Shown here in pieces: positions 32,778 to 41,801 of a stretch of DNA of 64,000 nucleotides (its first letter is position 1; the number at the start of each line of letters is the position of its first letter). The position numbers were made by a program, and so were the translations under genes. The notes under the pieces were generated by a model. It worked only from the letters and a program-made list of their open reading frames with translations, did no database searches and was not told the origin of the DNA. The stretch comes from an uncultured Verrucomicrobiae bacterium. GTDB lineage: Bacteria > Verrucomicrobiota > Verrucomicrobiia > Opitutales > Opitutaceae. The stretch is from positions 348,962-412,961 of the forward strand of contig CAWCPJ010000001.1 of the NCBI GenBank assembly GCA_963797435.1. Reading direction: 5' to 3'.

Positions 32778-33335
32778 TCAGGCCGCCTCGACCAGCAGGA
32801 TCGAAGGCGAGACGACCGAGACGACGCGAATGCTTGATCCGGTCTTGAGGGCTTGTGCGCTGTCGGTGAGCGCGTCCGCAAAGACCGCCCGACCCTGCAG
32901 CAACACCTCGACCTGACCACCCGGCTGTCGCTCTGGCGGCACGACGCAGTAGACCGTGCCGGTGAGACCGATCGCGTTGTGATAATCAAGCGTGCCTGAG
33001 TCCTGGAGGCGCAGAACTCCGCGCATGAGGAAGATGATCCCCGCCATCATCGCCACGCCAACGATGACGCCGGAAACCACGGCGATCAAAATGCCGTAGC
33101 CGCGCGAAAGCCACAACGCCCCGACCCAGCCGAAGCCAACGAGGAACGTCGCGATCGACTGCAGCGACAATACGCCCAATCCCGAACCATGGTCGTCACC
33201 GACATCGCCGTCCGCGTGATGATCCAGGCCGATGAGCCCGAGGATCATCCGTCCGATCAGAATCACCGACGCCAGAATGGCGATGGCATAGAAGAACTGC
33301 TGGGCGCCGGACAGGGAATGCCACCATGCGTTCAT
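32778..33335 (-). CDS. nfeD: NfeD-like membrane protein with an OB-fold (flotillin partner)
   Basis: Multi-TM N-terminus and a C-terminal beta/OB domain. Immediately upstream of the flotillin gene on the same strand. Confidence 0.7.
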   Translation of the reverse strand: MNAWWHSLSGAQQFFYAIAILASVILIGRMILGLIGLDHHADGDVGDDHGSGLGVLSLQSIATFLVGFGWVGALWLSRGYGILIAVVSGVIVGVAMMAGIIFLMRGVLRLQDSGTLDYHNAIGLTGTVYCVVPPERQPGGQVEVLLQGRAVFADALTDSAQALKTGSSIRVVSVVSPSILLVEAA

Positions 33336-33458
33336 CGAGGAGGGGTTGCGCTCGAAAGCGTGAAATTGAACCCATCGTGACGCAAATGGAATTGGACGCC
33401 TGCTGTCCGAATTCGATCCGCTTCCGAAACGCCGCGGCGGCGGCTGCGCCAGCGGCCG

Positions 33459-34241
33459 TTACGCGCCGGTCGCGAGTGCGCCGAGATCCAACCCCATGCG
33501 TTCTCGCGCAAACGCAACGAGATCCGCGGTCGGCGGCGCCGTGAACGTGAGCGGTCCGTCGGCGAGCTGAAACGTCATGCTGGCGCAATGCAATGCCTGC
33601 CGATCCAACAGCAACCGCTGCGCAAGCGACGCGTTCCACCCTCCCTCGAGAAACTCCAGGAAGCACGCCGGCGACGGGCCATATATCTTGTCGCCCACGA
33701 CGCGATAGCCAAGCCACTCCGCATGTGCACGAATCTGATGCGTGCGACCCGTCACCGGTTCCGCCTCGACGATCGTGAAGCCGCCCGCGCACGCCCGCGC
33801 GCGAAAGATCGTGCGCGCCGGGACCGCTTCCGGTGCGGGCGCCGCCCGGCGCTTCGCGAAAACCACGCTGCCGAGATCCGGGCCGATCGGCACATCGACA
33901 ACCCGTTCGCCGGAGAACTCCCCGTGCAGGATCGCCAGGTAGCGCTTCGCGACCCGGCGCTGTTGCACGGCGGTTTGGAGCCGGCTTGCCCAGCCCCGCT
34001 CCTTCGCCAGCACGACGACACCGCTCGTCTCGCGGTCGAGACGGAACACCAGGTGCATCCGCGCGAGGCCGGTGAACTCGCGCGCCGCCCCGACGAGGCT
34101 CGACCACGGTCCGGCCTTCGATGGATGCACCACGACGAACGGCGGCTTGTTCACGACCAACAGGGCAGCATCATCCTGCACCACCCACGACGCAAAGTCC
34201 TCGCGGTTGATCAGTCGGATTTCGGGAGCGCTTTCAGCCAT
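33459..34241 (-). CDS. RluA-family pseudouridine synthase
   Basis: Catalytic motif HRLDRETSGVVVLAK and the C-terminal GRTHQIRAH motif. ATG at 34239-34241 on the minus strand. Confidence 0.8.
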   Translation of the reverse strand: MAESAPEIRLINREDFASWVVQDDAALLVVNKPPFVVVHPSKAGPWSSLVGAAREFTGLARMHLVFRLDRETSGVVVLAKERGWASRLQTAVQQRRVAKRYLAILHGEFSGERVVDVPIGPDLGSVVFAKRRAAPAPEAVPARTIFRARACAGGFTIVEAEPVTGRTHQIRAHAEWLGYRVVGDKIYGPSPACFLEFLEGGWNASLAQRLLLDRQALHCASMTFQLADGPLTFTAPPTADLVAFARERMGLDLGALATGA

Positions 34242-34611
34242 CGCGATGGTGACACCTCCGCATGTGGATCGATGCGCCGCGACTCGAAACTCGGTCACGA
34301 CGGTTCGTTTTGCCGCCGAATTGTCTCATGTTGTCGACAGCGCGCGCCGAAGCACAGGGTGGACATGAGTTTCCGGCCCCTTCGGATTACGCGATCGTCC
34401 GCCCGGCGCACACCGCCGGCTCCAAGGACTGCATCTTGGTTGCAAACGCCGGTCCATGCGATACCCTCTTTTCCCGTGGCGATGAAACACCTTCGCGCCC
34501 CCCACCGGCCACTGCCGAGGTCCGTCCCGGCTCGATTTTCCCCCGTGCAATCTCCGGCCATCCGTGTGGGTGGGTCCCGGGTTTGTCCCGCAGCTTGATC
34601 TGACCAAGACC

Positions 34612-34998
34612 ATGCCTACGAAACACCACCACGAAGTGAACGGTCACGAGTTCATCCTCACCGGGATCCACATGGAACTCACGGATGCGCTCAAGAATAT
34701 CGCCCATGAAAAAGTCACCCGCCTGTTCCGCCACGAGGAACGCATCGTGCGCCTCCGCGTAGAACTCGAATGGGATAAACGCAACGATCCCGAAAATCAG
34801 TTCATCGCCAAGGGACACATCGAAATCCTCGGGCCGGACCTGAACTGCTCGGTCGCGTCCGACGACTGCCTGAAAGCCCTCGACCAGCTCGTGGACAAGC
34901 TTGATCGCATGATCCGGCGCCGTTCCCGCCTGAAACGCGTGAAACGCCACCGTCCACCGCAGCCCGTGGACATCCCGGCCCAGTTGCCGAAACTCTGA
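34612..34998 (+). CDS. hpf: ribosome hibernation-promoting factor (HPF/RaiA family)
   Basis: MPTKHHHEVNGHEFILTGIHMELTDAL... (sigma-54 modulation / S30EA fold), ~128 aa. ATG at 34612. Confidence 0.8.
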   Translation: MPTKHHHEVNGHEFILTGIHMELTDALKNIAHEKVTRLFRHEERIVRLRVELEWDKRNDPENQFIAKGHIEILGPDLNCSVASDDCLKALDQLVDKLDRMIRRRSRLKRVKRHRPPQPVDIPAQLPKL

Positions 34999-35034
34999 CA
35001 AGCCGCAAGGCCGCTCCACGTTCGCTCGATGTGT

Positions 35035-35066
35035 CGCCCGGTCGTTCCCGACCGGGCGTTTTGTTG
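35035..35066 (+). terminator. rho-independent terminator after hpf
   Basis: Perfect stem CGCCCGGTCG-TTCC-CGACCGGGCG followed by TTTTGTTG. Confidence 0.7.
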
Positions 35067-35230
35067 CCGCACGCTGATCAGATCCTTCGAGGCTGAGACG
35101 AAGGTATGGAATCCGATGCACCGAGGTTGTCCCTCCAGAACAGCCGCTTCCGAACCGGCGGCCGATCCCGTACGCCCAAAAATCAGCTTGCTTGGGCGAA
35201 ACGCACCCCTTTCCCTCGCCGTTCCTTTGC

Positions 35231-35307
<77 letters not shown>

Positions 35308-35345
35308 TTTTTCCATGCCTGCGGCTGCCCCGCCGCCCACGGATC

Positions 35346-35855
35346 ATGACTGGAGACGAACTTCGTGCCGTTCAGGCACCGCTCAAGCAGCGCTATCGCG
35401 AGGATCCGCGCGCCGGCGTCGTCACCCTGCGCGCTACCGGCACCTTGGCAGACAATGTCGCGTGCCGCATCGAGACCGGCCGCGCCCTCGTCGAAGCCGG
35501 TCTGCACCCCGCCACCGGCGGCTCCGGCCTCCAGGTGTGTTCCGGCGACATGCTGCTCCAAGCCCTCGTCGCTTGCGCCGGAGTCACGCTCAACGCCGTC
35601 GCCACCGCCATCGGCATTGAACTGCGCGCCGCCCGCCTCACGGCCGAGGGCGATCTCGACTTTCGCGGCACGCTCGGTGTCGCCAAGGATGCCCCGGTGG
35701 GGTTCACCGCGATCCGTCTCGGCGTCGTTCTCGAGACCGATGCGCCCGCCGAGAAGCAACAGAAACTGCTGGAACTCACCGAGCGCTATTGCGTCGTGTA
35801 TCAGACACTACACCAAAGCCCCCGCCTCGAAACCCGGCTGCTGCCAGCCGGCTGA
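35346..35855 (+). CDS. osmC: OsmC/Ohr-family peroxiredoxin-like protein
   Basis: OsmC fold with conserved Cys motifs (..VCSGDMLLQALVACAG.. and ..ERYCVVYQTL..); 169 aa. Confidence 0.8.
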   Translation: MTGDELRAVQAPLKQRYREDPRAGVVTLRATGTLADNVACRIETGRALVEAGLHPATGGSGLQVCSGDMLLQALVACAGVTLNAVATAIGIELRAARLTAEGDLDFRGTLGVAKDAPVGFTAIRLGVVLETDAPAEKQQKLLELTERYCVVYQTLHQSPRLETRLLPAG

Positions 35856-35913
35856 ATGTCATCCCCGACAAAACTTGTGGCGGCCGCCACAAGTTTTGTC
35901 GGGGATGACATTC
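35854..35913. repeat. perfect 60-bp palindrome with a GGCGGCCGCC core, overlapping the osmC stop codon (copy 1 of a GACAAA-N-GTGGCGGCCGCCAC-N-TTTGTC family)
   Basis: gaatgtcatccccgacaaaacttgtggcgg | ccgccacaagttttgtcggggatgacattc, 30/30 complementary. Lies between the convergent osmC and the small FliE-like gene. Confidence 0.85.
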
Positions 35914-36048
35914 AGTCTGGAACTGTAATGCTGGCCCTGTGGGTCACGCCGAAGTTTGGACCTTACGCTCGGGCCCAAAGGGCCCCCTACCATCCGATCG
36001 GTGGCTTCGGCCCCGGGCGCGGTCGCTGCGCGAACGCCCGGCTCCGGC

Positions 36049-36294
36049 TCAGGCTTTCTCGTCAAGCAGCGCGCCGAGGATTTCGTCGGCGGTGCGCAGC
36101 GCGGTGGCGTTGGCCTTCACCAGCACCTCGGCCTGCATTTGCTGGACGATGTTCTCCGGGCTGAGGTCGCCGGACGCGATCTTCTGCACGGCCTCACCCG
36201 CCTGCGCCATCCCGCGCTGGATCCCCTGCAAGGGCGCCGCAAAGAGGTTTAAACCTCGGGTGGCTGAATCGGTCGGCGAAATCATCGAAATCAT
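36049..36294 (-). CDS. small protein with a FliE / flagellar-rod-family C-terminal helix motif (putative flagellar or motility-related)
   Basis: 81 aa. C-terminal DLSPENIVQQMQAEVLVKANATALRTADEILGALLD resembles the conserved C-termini of FliE and FlgB/C/G. No other flagellar genes nearby. Confidence 0.4.
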   Translation of the reverse strand: MISMISPTDSATRGLNLFAAPLQGIQRGMAQAGEAVQKIASGDLSPENIVQQMQAEVLVKANATALRTADEILGALLDEKA

Positions 36295-36429
36295 TCAACA
36301 TCGGCGTCCGCGCGTCTCGTCCGCATGGGGAGAAAGCCCGGCGCGGCGTGAGTGGTCCACGCAGCGGGCGCGCAACCGGCCGTCGACTCCGCCCGCAGCA
36401 GGCGATGACAGGAGAACGACAAGGCGCGT

Positions 36430-37731
36430 CTATTTTTCCACGCCCGCGCTGGCTGCAGGTTTGCCCTGCGCGCGTCCGGCCGCCTGGAGGCAGGCACGCG
36501 AGTTGTGGTAGGGACATTTCCACATGCTGGCCGGCGGGCTGCTCCGATCAGGATGTCCGGCGCGATCGGTGGACCGATACCATTCACCCTTCTCCCGATT
36601 CACCAGCGGGTGCTCAATGAATCCCCAAGTCCTGCACGCTGCGATGAGGAAACGCGCTTCGTGCGACAACTGCCATGCATTGATAAAGCCCGTGACGGCC
36701 TCCGCTTGCGGCCACCAATCCTTGTTGGTGTCGCGCAGGCCACGCGGACCGGCGGTGTTGAACATGCCCCCGTCCGCGTCCACGCCCTCGCGCAGGCACG
36801 CGGCGGCGATCGCCACCGCCTCGGCGCGCGCACGCGAGATCAGTCCAGGATCTTCGAGCGTCTCCGCGGTCTCGCAAATCAACCAACTGAATTCAATGTC
36901 ATGGCCGAACGAGATTTCGTCGGAGCGTGGCGTCCAGTCGTCGTCCAGGAACAGCCGCAGATGATGCGTGGCGGGATCGAGCACGCGCGTGAGCATGACA
37001 TCCGCGAGTTCACGCAGGTCCTGCCGCAAACCTGCGTCGGGCCACACCCGATAGAGATTGGTATAGGCTTCGAGGATGTGCAGGTGCGCGTTTTGGGATT
37101 TCGGAGCCTCGCCGCCCATCAGGCGCCGCCGCGGGCCGAGGTCGCCCTGGCGGTTCCAGGCGCGATCCATTTCCTCGAAGTAGCCGCCATGCACACGATC
37201 ATGCGCATGCGTCTCGAGCGCGCGGTGGATCGCGATTGCCTGCGCCAGGGCATCGGACGCCGCGGGCGCACCGGTGCGGTGGAATTCCGCCAGCGCATAG
37301 ATCGCGAACACTTCGGCGTAGATGTGCTTGCGGGTGTCGAGCGGTGTGCCGTCGGCCCGGACCGACCAGAAGACCCCGCCGTGTCGGGGGTCGAGCATCG
37401 TGTGCACCAGGTCGTCGTAGGCCCATTCAGCCATTTCCAGGTACGCGGGATCGCCATAACGATGATAGGCGGCCGAAAACGCCCAGAGAATCCGGCTGGT
37501 GAGCAGGGAACCGCGCGCTGCATCGGGATCGGCGCGCAGATCAGCCGCGATCAGGCCGAAGAAGCCGCCACGGGTGTGATTGCGCGCGTGTTGCAGCCAG
37601 AACGGGAGGATGTTCGTCCGTAATTCGCGCTCAGCGTCCCGGCCGAGTTCGGCAAGCGTGGACGGAGGCTCCTCCGCGCGGGCCGCGACCAGGCCGCAGG
37701 CACCCAGAACCAACAAGTGGCGAAAGCGCAT
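36430..37731 (-). CDS. AGE-family (N-acylglucosamine 2-epimerase / cellobiose 2-epimerase-like) sugar isomerase
   Basis: (alpha/alpha)6 barrel motifs GGFF, ..HIYAEVFAIYALAEFHR.., ..VHGGYFEEMDRAWN..; N-terminal signal-like segment. Confidence 0.7.
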   Translation of the reverse strand: MRFRHLLVLGACGLVAARAEEPPSTLAELGRDAERELRTNILPFWLQHARNHTRGGFFGLIAADLRADPDAARGSLLTSRILWAFSAAYHRYGDPAYLEMAEWAYDDLVHTMLDPRHGGVFWSVRADGTPLDTRKHIYAEVFAIYALAEFHRTGAPAASDALAQAIAIHRALETHAHDRVHGGYFEEMDRAWNRQGDLGPRRRLMGGEAPKSQNAHLHILEAYTNLYRVWPDAGLRQDLRELADVMLTRVLDPATHHLRLFLDDDWTPRSDEISFGHDIEFSWLICETAETLEDPGLISRARAEAVAIAAACLREGVDADGGMFNTAGPRGLRDTNKDWWPQAEAVTGFINAWQLSHEARFLIAACRTWGFIEHPLVNREKGEWYRSTDRAGHPDRSSPPASMWKCPYHNSRACLQAAGRAQGKPAASAGVEK

Positions 37732-37934
37732 GGGGTTGATGCGAGTAAATCATCGACCCCGGAAATGCCGAGACCGAACCACCCGGACATGCGCCCGTGG
37801 TGCGGCGGCGGTGCATTTGCCGCGCCGTTGGCGAGCGCGGAACTTTCCAGACTTTGCCCCTAGACATCCCGAAGGTCGGTCGCACGCTGGTCCCTGATCC
37901 GCGCGTGTCCGGATTTCGTTCGTCCCCTGCCATC

Positions 37935-38489
37935 ATGATTCGATTCCTGCGCCTCGCCTTCCTGTCCATTGTCCTTGCCAGCCTGCCCGCCGCAGCGCTG
38001 GCCCGCTCGCCCGAGGAAACCCTGGTCGCGTACGTGGATGCGGTGCAAAAAGAGGGCCTGACCGCGGCCGTGCGTTTCATGCACCCCGACGACCTCGCGG
38101 AGTTTCGCAAGGATCTCGAGCCCGAGCTCGAGCGGCGCGTGAAAAGCGGCCGCACCCACCAGAAGTTCGCGATGTTTGCCGACCCCTATCACCCGAAGCA
38201 GTTGCGGCCATTCAAGGACGACGAGGATTTCGTGGCCATTTTCATCAAGTGGATGTCCACCTCCGGCGTCGCCGGTGTCAGCACGTTCGAGCACGCCAAG
38301 GTCAAGCCGCTCGGCTACGTGACCGAAGGCGATCTGCGGCACGTGGTCGCCCGCTTCACCTACGAAGCCGGCGATCACAAGAGCGAGCGCGTGTCGGTCA
38401 CGACGATGAAAATGGACGGCGGCCAGCCCATGCTTACGCTCCTGCCGGAGCTCCAGCAGGTCGCTGATCTGGTGCGCGAGTTCCGTTGA
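37935..38489 (+). CDS. secreted hypothetical protein
   Basis: Signal peptide MIRFLRLAFLSIVLASLPAAALA from the ATG at 37935; 184 aa; no recognised domain. Confidence 0.5.
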   Translation: MIRFLRLAFLSIVLASLPAAALARSPEETLVAYVDAVQKEGLTAAVRFMHPDDLAEFRKDLEPELERRVKSGRTHQKFAMFADPYHPKQLRPFKDDEDFVAIFIKWMSTSGVAGVSTFEHAKVKPLGYVTEGDLRHVVARFTYEAGDHKSERVSVTTMKMDGGQPMLTLLPELQQVADLVREFR

Positions 38490-41359
38490 TCGCGGGTCTG
38501 CGCGATGCCGATCGAGGCGGAACGTGTCTTGCCGTGCCCCCGCCCACCCTGCACATCCTGTCCTGGAACGAACCGCTGCTGCCGCAGGCGGTCGCGTGGC
38601 TCGCCGGCGCGTGGAAGGGCGGCGCTCCACTCGATCTCTCCGATCAGCTGATCGTCGTGCCCACGCGGCAGACCGGCCGCCGGTTGCGCGAGGCGTTGGC
38701 CGCTCACGCCGGCCGGCAAGGCCAGGCGGTGTTCCCGCCCCGGGTGTTGTCGCCGGACGGCTTGCTTCGCGAAGTCGCCCCGGAGGCAGGCGTCGCGACC
38801 CGCCTCGAGGCGTTGCTTGCCTGGGTCGAGGTGCTGCGATCGATCGATCTCGCGGCGTTCGACGAGGTCTTTCCCGTCGCCCCGCCCGTACGGAACTTCG
38901 CCTGGGCCGCTCGCGTGGCCCGCGCGTTTCTTCACCTGCAACAGACGCTCGCCGAAAACAACCTGCGCATGGCCGATGTGCCGGCGCGCGGTGCAGGTGG
39001 CGAGGGCGGCTTTCCCGAGGTGGCCCGCTGGACCCAACTCGCGACCCTCGAAGCCCGTTACGATGAGGCGCTGGCGCGTCGCGGCCGGCGGGATGCCGAA
39101 GCGGTGCGCATCGCGGCCGTCGCCCGGGCCTCGCCGCCGCCCGGCGTGCGGCGTATCGTCTTGCTGGCGACACCCGATCCACAGGCGGCCGCGGTCATGC
39201 TGCTCGCCGCCTGGGCGCGGGCGGTTCCGGTCGACGTCGCCGTGTTTGGTCCGCCCGAACCCTCCGCCCGCGAGCTGTTCGATGCCTGGGGCCGGCCGCG
39301 CCCGGAAGCGTGGGCGATGCGCGAATGGTCGCCGCCGGATTTCGCCAACCGCGTGCATCTCTGCGCCGATCCGGCGGCGCAGGCGGAGCGCGTCGCCGCC
39401 GCCGCGGCGGACGGTGCCGCTGCCGACGGCTGGCTCGCCCTCGGGGTGGCCGACCCCGAAATCATCGCGCCGCTGCACAACGGTCTCGGTCGCGCAGGAG
39501 TCGTCGCCTACGACCCGGAAGGCCGCCCCCGGCGTGCCGAGCCGCTGTATTATTTGCTGCATCGATTGCTCACGCTCGCTCGCGAAACGAGTTTCGACAC
39601 CGTCGCCGCGCTCGCCCGCTGTCCGGATGTGCTGGCGTGGTTGCGCGCGACCATCGGCCCGGCGTTCTCGTCCGCCCGCCTGCTCGCCGGCCTCGACGAC
39701 ATGCAGGCGCGACACCTGCCACCATCGCTGGCCGCGGCCCGGCAGCACGCCGCGGCCTTTTCGCGCGATCATCCGGAATTGCCTCCCGCGCTGGACGCGT
39801 TCGTCCGGGCTGCACACCGGGCTCGGGCGCGACCCGTTTCCCGAAAATGTCCGCGGCGCGCTCGCGACGATCTTCCGCGCCCGCGAGTTCGCGTTCGAGC
39901 GACCCGACGACGCGCGGGCCGTCGATGCCGCGACGGAATGGATGACCGCGATGCGCGAGACCGCCGACGCCGCCCGCCTTTTTCCGGGCGTGGCGATGCT
40001 CGATGCGTGGGAAATCGCACTTGAAGCGTTCGGCGAAAGTCGCCGCTTCGAGGACAAGCCCGCCGGGGCGGTCGAGCTCCAGGGCTGGCTCGAATTGCTT
40101 TGGGAGGACGCCCCGCACCTCATCATCGCCGGCCTGAACGACGGCCGCGTTCCGGCGGCGGTGGTGGGCGACCCGTTCCTGCCGGAGGCATTGCGGGAAC
40201 AACTCGGTCTCAAGCACAATGCCGCCCGCCTCGCTCGCGATGCCTACCTGCTGGAGGCGCTCGCGACTTCGCGCACGCACGAGGGCCGGGTCGACATCCT
40301 GTTCGGCCGGACGTCGGCCGCCGGGGATCCGTTGCGTCCGTCCCGGCTGTTGTTGCGCTGTGGCGACGCCGAGTTGCCCGCGCGCGTGGCTTTCCTGTTT
40401 CGCGACGCAACCACGGAACACAGCGCGGTGTCGTGGCAGCGCGCGTGGCAACTGGCGCCCCCCCGGCTCCCGCGATCACGCGCCTCTCGGTCACGGCGTT
40501 TCGCAGCTATCTCGCGTGCCCCTTTCGGTTTCATCTTCGCTACGGCCGGCACATGGAGCCGGTGGATCCGGACAAGGCCGAACTCGACGCACGCGACTTC
40601 GGCACGCTGTGCCACGCGGCGCTCGAGGCCATGGGTCGCGATGAAGCCATGCGCGCCTGCACCGACCCCGCCGTGCTGCGCGCCTTCCTGATCGACCGCC
40701 TCGACCGGGCGGCGCGCGCCCGGTATGGGACCGAGCTGACCCTGCCTTTGCTGATCCAGTTTGAGTCGGCCCGCCAGCGACTCGCCAAGGCCGCCGACGT
40801 GCAGGCGCGACAACGGTCCGAGGGATGGGTGATCGAGCGGGTGGAATGGAAGTTCGAACTCGCGCTGCACGGCCTGACCGTGGTCGGCAAGATCGACCGT
40901 ATCGATCGCCAGGAGACGACGGGGGTCGTGCGCGTGCTGGACTACAAGACCTCGGACAGGCCCGTGCACCCGCGCCAGGCCCACGTGCGGCGACCACGGC
41001 GCGGCGAGAGTCGGAACACGCTGCCCGACTTCGCCCGCCTCGACCTCGGCGGCGAGGAGTTCGGGTGGATCGATCTGCAACTGCCGCTCTACCGCCGCGC
41101 GCTCGCCGCGGAGTTCGGTCCCGCCATCCAGTGCGGTTACTTCAACCTGCCGAAGGCGTCGACGGAAACGGCCGTGTCGCTCTGGGATGAATACGACGCC
41201 AGCTGGCAGGCCGCCGCGGAGCGCTGTGCGGAGGGCGTCGCCGCCGCCGTCGCCGCGGATCGCTTCTGGCCGCCGGCCGAACTCGACGCGCGCGAGGACG
41301 ACTTCGCGTCGCTCTTCCACCAGGGCTCCGCGGCCAGCGTCGCATGGGAGGAAAAATGA
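38486..41359 (+). pseudogene. addB: AddB-like PD-(D/E)XK nuclease subunit of an AddAB-type helicase-nuclease, interrupted by two 1-nt frameshifts (about 39815 and about 40455)
   Basis: Three successive frames carry contiguous sense: 38486 to about 39815, about 39820 to about 40460, and 40465 to 41359. The C-terminal domain has the RecB-type nuclease motif TAFRSYLACPFRFHL plus D..DYK. The second shift lies in the run GGCGCCCCCCCGGC (C7). TTG start overlaps the upstream stop. Confidence 0.65.
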
Positions 41360-41383
41360 AGGCAGGCCACGGAGCGCCCAACG

Positions 41384-41562
41384 CCGCACAGCCGCAACCC
41401 AAGCTCAGGACGGGAGTTGAACCACAGATTACGCAGATGACACAGATACCGGAGTTCGGATTATGAGCCCACGAATACACATGAATGCGCACGAATGCCG
41501 GTCATTCGTGTGAATTCGTGGATACTTTCTGTCCGCATCTGTGTCATCTGTGGAATCCGTGG
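41384..41562. repeat. composite inverted-repeat element A: phased CACAGAT / CACGAAT heptamer arrays (homologous to the element at 61.34-61.65 kb)
   Basis: cagatgacacagatacc ... cacgaatacacatgaatgcgcacgaatgccgg | tcattcgtgtgaattcgtgg ... catctgtgtcatctgtgg. A nested inverted repeat. Shares the leader cacagccgcaacc(c/a)aa with copy B. Confidence 0.75.
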
Positions 41563-41801
41563 TTCTCATCAGCATCGAACTTGTCGTGGCTTGAGCGCTT
41601 CCAAGAGATGTTCGCAGCAAAACAATACTCGCAAGGTTTGTGGCACAGAGGAATCACCGGGGTCACCGAGACCCGCATCCAGGTTCGGTCGGCTCCCCAT
41701 GGCCGTGGATCCATGCGGTCGATCGTTGCGGAAGGACGCGCGGCTTTACGTTGCGACCCGGCGGGGCGTGAAGCCCCTCCGACAGTGCCCAATCGTCGGC
41801 A

